Shown in pieces: positions 20,870 through 32,583 of a stretch of DNA of 34,402 nucleotides. A model generated the notes under the pieces. The model did no database searches, was not told the origin of the DNA, and worked only from the letters and a program-made list of their open reading frames with translations. Position 1 is the stretch's first letter, and every line of letters begins with the position of its first letter. A program made the translations under genes and the position numbers. The stretch is from Octopus bimaculoides (taxonomy: Eukaryota), in assembly GCF_001194135.2 (NCBI RefSeq), contig NC_068988.1, forward strand, positions 86,429,256 through 86,463,657, written 5' to 3'.

Positions 20870-21577
20870 NNNNNNNNNNNNNNNNNNNNNNNNNNNNNNN
20901 NNNNNNNNNNNNNNNNNNNNNNNNNNNNNNNNNNNNNNNNNNNNNNNNNNNNNNNNNNNNNNNNNNNNNNNNNNNNNNNNNNNNNNNNNNNNNNNNNNNN
21001 NNNNNNNNNNNNNNNNNNNNNNNNNNNNNNNNNNNNNNNNNNNNNNNNNNNNNNNNNNNNNNNNNNNNNNNNNNNNNNNNNNNNNNNNNNNNNNNNNNNN
21101 NNNNNNNNNNNNNNNNNNNNNNNNNNNNNNNNNNNNNNNNNNNNNNNNNNNNNNNNNNNNNNNNNNNNNNNNNNNNNNNNNNNNNNNNNNNNNNNNNNNN
21201 NNNNNNNNNNNNNNNNNNNNNNNNNNNNNNNNNNNNNNNNNNNNNNNNNNNNNNNNNNNNNNNNNNNNNNNNNNNNNNNNNNNNNNNNNNNNNNNNNNNN
21301 NNNNNNNNNNNNNNNNNNNNNNNNNNNNNNNNNNNNNNNNNNNNNNNNNNNNNNNNNNNNNNNNNNNNNNNNNNNNNNNNNNNNNNNNNNNNNNNNNNNN
21401 NNNNNNNNNNNNNNNNNNNNNNNNNNNNNNNNNNNNNNNNNNNNNNNNNNNNNNNNNNNNNNNNNNNNNNNNNNNNNNNNNNNNNNNNNNNNAAAAGGGA
21501 GCTTGACAGAATTAACAAAATTAGCGTAGAATAATGGTTTCATATTTTTTTCATAATTAAGATCTAAACTGTTAATC

Positions 21578-21955
21578 GTGGCACTCCGTCGGTTACGACG
21601 ACGAGAGTCCCAGTTGATCTGATCAACGGAACAGCCTGCTCGTGAAATTAACGTTCAAGTAGCTGAGCACTCCACAGACATGTGTACCCCTAACGTAGTT
21701 CTCGGAGAGATTCAGCGTGACACAGTGTGACGAGGCTGGCCCTTTGCATTACAGGCACAACAGAAACAGGAAGTAAAAGTGAGAGAAAGTTGTGGTGAAA
21801 GACTACAGCTGGTTTGCCACCATCCCCTGCTGGATCTCGTGGAGTTTTAGGTGTTTTCGCTCAATAAACACTCATAACGCCTGGTCTGGGAATCGAAACC
21901 GCGATCCTACGACCGCGAGTCCGCTGCCCTAACCACTGAGCCATTGCGCCTCCAC
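21578..21955 (-). mobile_element. SINE B, full length
   Basis: Reverse complement is collinear with 10039-10418. Confidence 0.95.
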
Positions 21956-21963
21956 TCTTCTAG

Positions 21964-22318
21964 GAGCACTCTGTCGGTTACAATGAGGAGGGTCCCAGCT
22001 GATCCGATCAACGGAACAGCATGCTCGTGAAATTAACGTGCAAGTGGTTGAGCAATCCACAGACACGTGTACCCTTAACGTAGTTCTCGGGGAGATTCAG
22101 CGTGACACAGAGTATGACATGGCTGGCCCTTTTGAAATACACGCGCTATTCATTTTTGCCAGCTGAGTGGACTGGAGCAACGTGGACTGGAGCAACGTGG
22201 ACTGGAGCAACGTGGACTGGAGCAACTTGCTCGAGGACACAACACGTCGCCGGGAATTGAACTCACGACCTTACGATCGTGTGCCGAACGCTCTAACTAC
22301 TAAGCCACGCGCCTTCAC
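21964..22318 (-). mobile_element. SINE family C (tRNA head plus CORE plus family-B 3' tail)
   Basis: The tail (about 21964-22135) matches the family B tail; head and CORE match 30709-30850. Confidence 0.9.
22167..22226. repeat. 4 x 15-bp perfect tandem repeat GTGGACTGGAGCAAC inside the SINE C CORE
   Basis: Four exact copies at 22167, 22182, 22197 and 22212. Confidence 0.97.
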
Positions 22319-22365
22319 TAAACTGTTCATATATGAATGCGAAAGAGCTAGTTGAATAACTGTAA

Positions 22366-22601
22366 TATTATTTATTTATTGCCCACAAGGGGCTAAACAT
22401 AGAGGGGACAAACAAAGACAGACAAAATGACTAAGTCGATTACATCGACCCAGTGTGTAACTGGTACTTAATTTATCGACCACGAAAGGATGAGAGGGAA
22501 AGTCGACCTCGGCGTAATTTGAACTCAGAACGTGACGGCAGACGAAATACCGCTGAGCATTTCGCCCAGATCGCTAACGCTTCTGCCAGCTCGCCGCCTT
22601 A
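22366..22601 (-). mobile_element. SINE E (tail type 1), 16-bp target-site duplication
   Basis: AGTTGAATAACTGTAA at 22350-22365 and 22602-22617; collinear with 28217-28450. Confidence 0.95.
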
Positions 22602-22796
22602 AGTTGAATAACTGTAAACCTACTTTTGGGCCACCTTCCTTCCCCTCTCCTACTTCACTCACTTTCAGCTCTCAACACTCACCTACCTACACTCATACTC
22701 TTTCCTATCTGTACTAAAACACACTCAGAATATATCTAACAAAACAGGTCAGTGGCTGTATTCTCTCTCTCTTTCTTCTTGTCATTCTTACTACCA

Positions 22797-22902
<106 letters not shown>

Positions 22903-23195
22903 TTCTTTTTTCTTCTTTCATCTCTCTATTTCTATCTATTATTCTTTTTTCCCTTTCTTCCTCTTTTCCTTCTTCCTTTTTTTTTTCATTTACTTATTGA
23001 TTTCTTCGCTTTCTTTATTCCCCCTTCGATCTTTCTGTCTGTTTTCCTTTCTTCCGTTCCTGCTATCATCCATACAACTAACCGTTCATCCACCCAACTT
23101 CCCCGCCATCCCGCCATATATCAACAGGTGTAATTACAGCTGTGCCTACCTTTTTTTTTCCTTCTCCAAACCAGCCTCAACCAAGGTTACCACTT

Positions 23196-23465
23196 GTATG
23201 TATGTATGTATGTATGTATGTATGTATGTATGTATGTATGTATGTATGTAGGTGTGTATACATACATATATGTATGTATGTACGTATGCATGTATGTATG
23301 CATGTATGTATGCATGTATGTATGTATGTATGTATGTATGCATGCATGTATGTATATATGTATGTATACATGTATGTATGTATGTATGTATGTATGCATT
23401 ATGTATATATATATATATGCATGTATGTATTATATATGTATGTATGCATGCATGCTTTTATGCAT
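23196..23465. repeat. (TATG)n microsatellite
   Basis: Seen directly. Confidence 0.95.
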
Positions 23466-23469
23466 GTAT

Positions 23470-23600
23470 ACGCGTAAGACTTTAAACGGCATCCGATAGT
23501 GGGACCCTGGTTCGGGTGTTTCGGGGTTTTAAGGCGTGGAACCCCCTATTAGCCACTATTTTCCCCAGGTTTACTCTGACCCGGAATGGTGGTAGCCATC
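23470..23600 (-). repeat. unclassified repeat (family G)
   Basis: Minus strand ...CAGGGTCCCACTATCGGATGCCGTTTAAAGTCTTAC resembles ...TAGGGTGCCACTACCGTATGCAATTTAAAATCATAC at about 28836-28872. Confidence 0.55.
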
Positions 23601-23784
23601 AGTGTCCCAGCTATGGGTTAACTAGGGAAAATGATAACAGGCCATCTGAACGTGAGAATGCAGAAATACCCTTGGTTGATACCAGAGTGCGCAGAAGAAC
23701 CACGGGCAATGAGAGAACCCAAGTTGTTGTCACAGCATCCATCTAGACAGAAGCTGATGTAAAACCAGCGGATTATGGCCCCCT

Positions 23785-25046
23785 ACTGTTCTGTGGGTTC
23801 TTAACTCTTTGGCGTCATGATTATCCTTCCGTCGGATCTCATTATACAGTGTTTTGATAATAATAATATGTCTCATCCGTAGATAATACCGCAATGACAT
23901 TTTTGGACAACTGCCTATGATGTGGGTGATATTTTCGGTGTTGACTCCACAAAGTCTGCATCGGTTATCACATTTTGATGTTTTTCCTGCGTCTTCCTCC
24001 TTTTCTGCCTCTAGTATTTGGTTGATATTTCCAGTTCCTGGATTGTTAAGACATACCCTTCAAAGTGAAATTTAGTAATTTGGTTGTTGGTCCATGATAG
24101 AGTGCTTTGATTACCAATGTTACTTTCATCCCGGAGCTTTCTGCTACCATTTCCAAACGTGGTCTTCTGCTCATATACATTCATCATTTCGTCTGATGAT
24201 ACGTTGCGGTAGAGTCGTGCAACTTCTTTGTGTATGAACTCAAAGTTAACAGACAAGGAATGTTGCTCGAGGAGCTGCTTTCTGTCACGCGTGTGTAAAC
24301 TTGGTCAAGAAATGCATTTCAACACTTGGCGGTTAAAAGATGTTGCCAAGGGGATATGATATGACACTTAAAAAGCTGTCTGGATCTGTTAAACCTCTGC
24401 CTTCTTGTTTTTGTTTTAGATAGAGACGGTCTACGTCGCAGTTGATGTGAAATTTATTTGAGTTGGTCAGTATCTTCAGGGTTTTCATATCAACGGTTCG
24501 GATTTCACCAAGCGGTCAGTCAAGTAGCCCAAATATTGGTATGAATACTGGTACTGCAAACACCTTGTGAGCCACTGCTTTATTGAACGTAGAGAGTTCC
24601 GAGGTCGGTAGGTTAGCTTCTTGTGCCAGTATCCAACAATCAAGTCTCTTCCAGGTCCTTTCCATCCTGATGTTTCTGGATTACAGTCGCAACGGTATCA
24701 CAATCGGTGCTGTATGTGTTAGGTGTAATGCAGGGACAATGATTACTTCGAATTTCTTACAGCCACAGAGCAACTCGGTTAAACTCCATCTCTTCGCAAA
24801 AGATTTTCCCCGGTAGGAGTCTATGACTTCCTCTGAAAGAGCTTCTATGATATTTACTAATTCTCTTCTCATGTCTCTGTATACTCCTGCCTGGTTCCGG
24901 TTATATTTTCTGTTGATTGTTTTTCTTCCGGTTATTTTCCGCTTATGTCAGAGTTTCTCACTGACAGATTTTACCTCCTGCTTGGCTGTGTTCAGTTTGC
25001 AATTGAATGTTCTCTTTTTGCTATTACTTCTATCTCCGTCTTAGCA
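23785..25046 (-). mobile_element. R4/Dong-type LINE remnant with the RT core deleted
   Basis: Minus strand: KQEVKSVSEKL*HK...YNRNQAGVYRDM; WKGPGRDLIVGYWHKKLTY (W at 24662-24664) joined directly to SELSTFNKAVAHKVFAVPV...DVDRLYLKQKQEGRGL; KEVARLYRNVS...FEGYVLTIQELEISTKY; CRLCGVNTENITHIIGSC. The 3' part is clearly homologous at DNA level to 11510-12010. Confidence 0.88.
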
Positions 25047-25125
25047 TATAAAAAAAATTGATTGCATCCCTCCACCACCATCACACCTCTCTCTCCCTCG
25101 TCGAGAATTTGCATGTAGTAGTAGT

Positions 25126-25445
25126 GGCAGTTAAGATGGTGGTGGTGGTGGTCTTGGTGGTGGTGGTGGTGGTGGTGGNNNNNNNNNNNNNNNNNNNNNN
25201 NNNNNNNNNNNNNNNNNNNNNNNNNNNNNNNNNNNNNNNNNNNNNNNNNNNNNNNNNNNNNNNNNNNNNNNNNNNNNNNNNNNNNNNNNNNNNNNNNNNN
25301 NNNNNNNNNNNNNNNNNNNNNNNNNNNNNNNNNNNNNNNNNNNNNNNNNNNNNNNNNNNNNNNNNNNNNNNNNNNNNNNNNNNNNNNNNNNNNNNNNNNN
25401 NNNNNNNNNNNNNNNNNNNNNNNNGTGGTGGTGGTGGTGGTGGTG

Positions 25446-25510
<65 letters not shown>

Positions 25511-25515
25511 AGTAG
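25126..25515. repeat. (GTA)/(GTG)n arrays flanking a gap
   Basis: Seen directly. Confidence 0.9.
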
Positions 25516-25849
25516 TTTAGCTCCAGGTCAGTTCAAAGCGAGCAGGTCCTTGCTTTAAAGGCAGGCGTTCCAGTCATGGCCACGGCCATGAAGTCCCCGT
25601 TAAGGACCACATATTCCTGTAAGACAGTAAAGGTGGCATTCGGAGATTTTGACTTACTTTTAACCGATCGACTGACCAGCTTCAAGCACTGTCGTTGACC
25701 AGTAGTTGAACCCAGTAGATTTGTAACTACGTAGTTCGTTACTTCATTAACGACTAGCGGTCAGTGATTGTGGTGATGACGGGGGCGGTGTTGGAGGTTG
25801 GCTAATGAGTCACATGATCTTGTTTGGTTCTGGTCCAGAATGTCAGTGT

Positions 25850-26174
25850 CTTTGAGTGTAGTTGTATCTGTGTGTTTGTCTTTGTGTGTGGATACTTGTA
25901 TCTATGTATGCGTGAGTTTGCTTCCGTGTGTATTCGTATGTATGTGTTCCTTGTCTGTGTATATGTGTGCGTGTATATGTCTCTCGATGAATGTATCTGC
26001 AAGTGTGTGTGTTTATGTGTGTGGGGGTGCGCGCGCGTATGTGTGTATGTATCAATGAGTGTGCCTGTATATGCATGTCTGCGTATGTGTGTGTGTGTAT
26101 GTGTCTCGGTAAATGTTTGAAAGTGTGTCTGTGTGTCTGTCTATATCTGCCTGTGTGCCTGTATGTGCGTGTTT

Positions 26175-26220
<46 letters not shown>

Positions 26221-27118
26221 CTATGTATGCGTGTATGCCTGTGTAAGTATGTATTAGCGTATAAGTATGTTATATATATATATATANNNNNNNNNNNNNN
26301 NNNNNNNNNNNNNNNNNNNNNNNNNNNNNNNNNNNNNNNNNNNNNNNNNNNNNNNNNNNNNNNNNNNNNNNNNNNNNNNNNNNNNNNNNNNNNNNNNNNN
26401 NNNNNNNNNNNNNNNNNNNNNNNNNNNNNNNNNNNNNNNNNNNNNNNNNNNNNNNNNNNNNNNNNNNNNNNNNNNNNNNNNNNNNNNNNNNNNNNNNNNN
26501 NNNNNNNNNNNNNNNNNNNNNNNNNNNNNNNNNNNNNNNNNNNNNNNNNNNNNNNNNNNNNNNNNNNNNNNNNNNNNNNNNNNNNNNNNNNNNNNNNNNN
26601 NNNNNNNNNNNNNNNNNNNNNNNNNNNNNNNNNNNNNNNNNNNNNNNNNNNNNNNNNNNNNNNNNNNNNNNNNNNNNNNNNNNNNNNNNNNNNNNNNNNN
26701 NNNNNNNNNNNNNNNNNNNNNNNNNNNNNNNNNNNNNNNNNNNNNNNNNNNNNNNNNNNNNNNNNNNNNNNNNNNNNNNNNNNNNNNNNNNNNNNNNNNN
26801 NNNNNNNNNNNNNNNNNNNNNNNNNNNNNNNNNNNNNNNNNNNNNNNNNNNNNNNNNNNNNNNNNNNNNNNNNNNNNNNNNNNNNNNNNNNNNNNNNNNN
26901 NNNNNNNNNNNNNNNNNNNNNNNNNNNNNNNNNNNNNNNNNNNNNNNNNNNNNNNNNNNNNNNNNNNNNNNNNNNNNNNNNNNNNNNNNNNNNNNNNNNN
27001 NNNNNNNNNNNNNNNNNNNNNNNNNNNNNNNNNNNNNNNNNNNNNNNNNNNNNNNTGTGTGTGTGTTTGTGTACAAGTATGCAAACACGCATGGCCGTGT
27101 GTGGATATTTATGTGTGC

Positions 27119-27165
<47 letters not shown>

Positions 27166-27560
27166 TGTGAGTATGTGTGCGTGCGTGTAACTAGAGCAGA
27201 ATAAATATCAAGATTCTGGTTTATCAGTTTCTTTTCGCCTATGCGGATATCTTTGACCGATACATACACACACATGCATACACATACATACATACATAAT
27301 ACATACATACATACATACATACATACACACAAATATACATACATATACACACATACACACACGAATGCATACACACATATGCATACACACATGCACTCCC
27401 ATTACACACATACATACATACACACATGCATACATACATACATACACACATGCATACATGCATGCAAACATGATAATTGTTCCATCTTCACAAATGATTG
27501 CCGTCTCCTAGTGTGTGTGTATGTATGTATGTATGTATGTGTGTATGTGTGTGATTGGCA
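25850..27560. repeat. degenerate (TG)n/(CATA)n microsatellite block around a gap
   Basis: Seen directly. Confidence 0.85.
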
Positions 27561-28216
27561 TTTCTGAACTTCCGTACGTGACCTCTCAGATGAGTATTCA
27601 GTGCCGTTGCAGATCCGGTTTGCAGCATAGTTGTCAGATCAAAGCTGTAGCTTATTGTGTGCTTCGAGCTGATTAGGTCTTTGTACGTCGCTACTCTTGC
27701 ATCGCCCGAGTAAGTGGAACGGNNNNNNNNNNNNNNNNNNNNNNNNNNNNNNNNNNNNNNNNNNNNNNNNNNNNNNNNNNNNNNNNNNNNNNNNNNNNNN
27801 NNNNNNNNNNNNNNNNNNNNNNNNNNNNNNNNNNNNNNNNNNNNNNNNNNNNNNNNNNNNNNNNNNNNNNNNNNNNNNNNNNNNNNNNNNNNNNNNNNNN
27901 NNNNNNNNNNNNNNNNNNNNNNNNNNNNNNNNNNNNNNNNNNNNNNNNNNNNNNNNNNNNNNNNNNNNNNNNNNNNNNNNNNNNNNNNNNNNNNNNNNNN
28001 NNNNNNNNNNNNNNNNNNNNNNNNNNNNNNNNNNNNNNNNNNNNNNNNNNNNNNNNNNNNNNNNNNNNNNNNNNNNNNNNNNNNNNNNNNNNNNNNNNNN
28101 NNNNNNNNNNNNNNNNNNCATGCATGCATGCATACATATACACATACATATACACATACATGCATACATACACACACATACATACATACATACATACATA
28201 CGTACATACGTACGTA

Positions 28217-28450
28217 AGGCGGCGAGCTGGCAGAAACGTTAGCACGCCGGGCGAAATGCTTAGCGGTATTTTCGTCTGCCGCTACGTTCTGAGTTCAAAT
28301 TCCGCCGAGGTTGACTTTGCCTTTCATCCTTTCGGGGTCGATTAAATAAGTACCAGTTACGCACTGGGGTCGATGTAATCGACTTAATCCGTTTGTCTGT
28401 CCTTGTTTGTCCCCTCTGTGTGTAGCCCCTTGTGAGTAGTAAAGAAATAA
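28217..28450 (+). mobile_element. SINE E (tail type 1), full length, likely 13-bp target-site duplication
   Basis: ACATACGTACGTA at 28204-28216 and 28454-28466 (inside microsatellite, so less certain). Confidence 0.93.
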
Positions 28451-28482
28451 CATACATACGTACGTATGTACATACATACATA

Positions 28483-28715
28483 CAAAACATTGAAGACATC
28501 CCCCACATCATAAGCAATTCTTCAAAGATGTCATCACGTTACTATCTGCCGATGAATCATGATGTGACCAAGCCATTATGCAATAGGGTCCGTCAGAGGG
28601 ATAGTCCTGAGACCAAAGGCATAAGAATCCACAGTGCCTCAGAGACCGCAACCATTCATACGAACGTGTACAGGTGGAATATCGTTGTACAAGCTTCAAT
28701 AAAATGCAAAAGTAA
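28483..28715 (+). mobile_element. R4/Dong-type LINE fragment (Zn-knuckle/RHD region)
   Basis: NIEDIPHIISNSSKMSSRYYLPMNHDV...RWNIVVQASIKCK, homologous to 11860-12090. Confidence 0.85.
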
Positions 28716-28880
28716 TGGACCCGGACAGGTGCTACTAGTTCGGTTCTGATTACACCTTGGAATATCAGAACAACGGTGACTAAGAGGTGGTTTCATGCTC
28801 CTCAAATCACTTCACAAATCCCTGGAACTCTCGATTTAGGGTGCCACTACCGTATGCAATTTAAAATCATACCGACGACA
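28716..28880 (+). repeat. family G repeat, second copy
   Basis: Similar to 23470-23600 (-). Confidence 0.5.
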
Positions 28881-29520
28881 TACATACATACATACATACA
28901 CACACATCTGCATACATACATACGCACATACATACATACCTGCATGCATACATACATACATACATACATGCATGCATACATACATACAGACATACAGACA
29001 TACATACATACACACACATACATGCATAAATACATACATGCATACATAANNNNNNNNNNNNNNNNNNNNNNNNNNNNNNNNNNNCATACATACATACACA
29101 CACATCTGCATACATACATACGCACATACATACATACCTGCATGCATACATACATACATACATACATGCATGCATACATACATACAGACATACAGACATA
29201 CATACATACACACACATACATGCATAAATACATACATGCATACATACATACATACATACATGCATGCATACATACATACATGCATGCATACATACATACA
29301 TACATGCATGCATACATACATAGATACATACATACATGCATACATGCATACATACAGACATACAGACATACAGACATACATACATACACACACATACATG
29401 CATAAATACATACATGCATACATGCATACATACATACATACAGACATACAGACATACATACATACACACACATACATGCATAAATACATACATGCATACA
29501 TAATACATACATGCATACAT
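28881..29520. repeat. (CATA)n array with higher-order units
   Basis: An about 60-bp unit CAGACATACAGACATAC...CACACACATACATGCATAAATAC occurs four times; an about 155-bp block is duplicated across the 35-N gap. Confidence 0.9.
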
Positions 29521-30708
29521 ATATGGCGTCGAAGTTAATCACGTCAGCATCAAGTTACTACGCATCTTTCTGTAATAAATTCTATCCTCCAAGATTTTTT
29601 CTATTGACAAATTCCTGATAAAAATAATTGGGTATCTTCTTTGAAAAACGCGAAGAAGCATCCTTTTTTCCAGGATGATCTTGGCAATAATCAACCGGAG
29701 AAAATTTTACCAGAATCTCAGTACATTGTATTAATGTTACATATACCATGGCTAGGAAAGAAAATAAGGTCAGCCAATTGCAAACGGCAAATGGAATTTT
29801 TAATTGAATTTTCAATTCTATAAAAAAAGGCTAAGGAAGCTCTCTCGATAAGTTACATGAAAAGGATGAAAAATGACTGAGACCGTAAAATTCCCAATTA
29901 CTCGAACTTCAGTGCAAAAGGGCTACAACGAAAAGTAACTAACCTTCGTTGAGAAAAGAATGACGTGTTATCCTTAAAGACCATCAATAAATATAAATAG
30001 AACTATTTGCCGAGTTTTATTTATACCTGTGTGTGTATGTGTGTGTATGCGTGTATATGTCTGTCTATGTGTATGTATCCGTGTGTGTATGTATCTGTGT
30101 GTGTGTATGTGTCTGTCTGTCTCTGTGTGTGCGCGTATGTGTCTGTGTGTCTGTATGTGTCAGTGTGTGTGTCTGTGTATTCCTCAGAGAAGATCGTAAA
30201 CAATACAGACCATGCGTTAATAATATAACAGACGGCCATTTTGCTATTACACGGGCAAGCAATAACCGATTACAAACGAACAGTAATAATTTGGAGAAGA
30301 AAACGAGTCTGCGAAGAATACGAACAACTGAAGAAACACTTAACAGCAAAAATTCAAACAAAATTTCACCATCAACATTAACTAAAAATCAAATAATTAC
30401 AACTCGAATCGATAGAAAACCTACCGAGCTAATGTTATCCGCGATCGACCAAATAGCTAACGAATAATTGGCAGAGGTTGAAAGTCCATCCCAAATTTTG
30501 AACATTGAACGTTCTACTGTATTGCGTTGCGATTACTATTCGCCAGCCGAAGGGAGTAGCGCAGATCGATCGTAGTGAGAAGAAATATCCAAAATGGATT
30601 ACCTCTCTCCAGCCACATATCGACAGACTCAGGAAAATATTGGATAACTAGATATTATCGTTAAAAGCAAAGTGAACCACCAGCTTCCATTTTGATAGAT
30701 TATCCCGA

Positions 30709-31031
30709 GTGAAGACACGTAGCTTAGTAGTTAGGATATCCGGTTCCCGATCGTATTGTCTTGAGCTTGATTCCCGGCTGCGCGTTGTGTCCTTGAGCAA
30801 GACACTTAATTTCATATCACTCTAGTCCACTCAGCTGGCAAAATGGGTTATACTTGCATTGCAATGAGCCAGCCTTGTCACACTCTGTGTCACTCTGAAT
30901 CCCCCTGAGAACTACGTTAAGGATACGCATGTCTGTGGAGTGTTCAGCCATTTGCACGTTAATTTCAGGAGCAGGCAGTCCCGTTGATCGGATCAACTGG
31001 AAGACTCATCATTGAAACCGACGGAGTGCCA
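30709..31031 (+). mobile_element. SINE C inserted in the R4 element
   Basis: tRNA-like head; GTGTCCTTGAGCAAGACACTTAATTTC...ACTCAGCTGGCAAAATGGG (MIR/CORE-like); family-B tail ending ACCGACGGAGTGCCA. Confidence 0.9.
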
Positions 31032-32261
31032 GAATCTCAAGTCTTTGGGAACTGTCGAATAGAAACAATAATGAGCAAGCTAATTGCCCGTACACACGAA
31101 CTGTGAACGGTAAGTGAACAATTTGGTCATAAAAAAAACACCTACTAGAAAGAAAAACCAACAATCTCGAATTTTCGATAAAGCAACGAGCAATGCTTCG
31201 CAGTATAAAAGGTCACATTGGCCAAGTTGGGAAAATCGCTCAGGATGACCTAGAGTGATTTTTGTTAAGAATCTTGAATGAAAACAAACAACACATCCGT
31301 GGTGCAAAGTTGTTTAATTGAACTACGGAGTGAGTCCTGCGCAAACGTCTCTCCTATTGAAATTCTCTTAACGGTTATTGCAAAACTGCCGAACGGGAAA
31401 ACATCTGAATGAGAACTAATGGTCAGTTTTTAGTAGCGAAAGCTCACATTCTAAAAAGCAGCCTTCGTTAACCAAACGCTAAATTCAAACGCTAAATTTG
31501 ATGTCCCAGACTGCTTAGTAGTCGCAAGTAGTAGCTAAAAACCAGAAGGTGCATGAGTTAAAAAAACTACGGTCCATAGCGTGAATGAATATGATGTAAT
31601 TATTTTACACAGGTTGTTTGAATGTATTTGTCCAGAATCACTTTGAAATACTCAATGTAGTAACTAAAGAGTAGACAGGAGGAAAGAAAGCAGTCTGGAG
31701 TTATGCCGGACAACTTATCGACAGACAACGCTGTCTCTAACGAAACGAAACAATACCGCCGAAACTTGTTGTCTGTATGCGTGGATAATAGAGTCATTAC
31801 CCCTTGCTAGCACTCCGACTACTAAATCCAATGCCGTTAAGAGGCTGGTTACAACATGGTCCATAGAGATATCGATAAGAACTGAAGCTACCACTATGGT
31901 CACAAACAAAATTAGTTGCTAACAGGAATATTCTAGGGCGATAGCGTATCTGTAACACCTTTCGTCTGAACAGTAAACGCCTTGTCAGCCTTTAAGGCAA
32001 TACGAAGGTCACATGACAGGTACGGCGGATGAAAGAAAGATTGAATTCACCCATACGTTTTTTGTTGAAGGCCTTAAGCTCTATTCAAATAATATTTTTG
32101 AAGCCCAGAAACAGAATTAGTTACAATTTCTCGTGGGACATAAGAATCGAGTTTGACCAAGACAAGTGCTCGTATTTGGTAGTTAATCGAGAGATTGCCA
32201 ACCAGGCAAGAAATATGAATATCAATGGCCTAATACAGTTCTATATTTAAGAGATGAGGAA

Positions 32262-32398
32262 TTATTTACATTATTTACATTATTTACATTTGACGGATAT
32301 TCGTCCTCATCTTGTTTGTTGTTAACAACGTTTCGGCTGATATACCCTCCAACCTTCGTCAGGTGTCTTGGGGAAATTTCGAACCTGGGTTCTCATTC
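32262..32398 (-). mobile_element. short non-coding repeat carrying a hammerhead-like motif, with (AATGTAAAT)3 tail
   Basis: Interrupts the R4 reading just after the RT; TTATTTACA x3 at 32262-32288. Confidence 0.6.
32322..32370 (-). ncRNA. minimal type I hammerhead-like motif (HHR2)
   Basis: CAAGACAC-CUGACGA-A-GGUUG-GAGGGUAUAU-CAGCC-GAAA-CG-UU-GUUAAC. Core and 5-bp stem II are intact; palindromic AACGUU stem III; stem I only 2 bp in this copy. Confidence 0.55.
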
Positions 32399-32483
32399 AC
32401 GGCAGCGACCTGATTAATAATAGTAATAATAATAATAATATAATAATAGTAACATCGTTAGGAATGGATTTACATTATAAGAT

Positions 32484-32583
32484 CAGTCCTGCCGGCATTT
32501 GAGTGCTACATTCCTGCCGGCATTTGAGTGCTACAGTCTTACCGGCATTTGACTGCCCCAGTACTGTCGGCGTTTGAGTGTCA
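32484..32583. repeat. 4 x 25-bp minisatellite
   Basis: CAGTCCTGCCGGCATTTGAGTGCTA / CATTCCTGCCGGCATTTGAGTGCTA / CAGTCTTACCGGCATTTGACTGCCC / CAGTACTGTCGGCGTTTGAGTGTCA. Confidence 0.95.

Noticed and set aside
22167-22226. 15-bp and 25-bp (32484-32583) arrays as CRISPR-like repeats
   Set aside because: The units are directly adjacent with no unique spacers, the context is eukaryotic, and there are no cas genes.
27560-27722. GC-balanced unique segment before a gap as a coding exon
   Set aside because: No recognisable motif or complete splice pair, and it is truncated by the gap.
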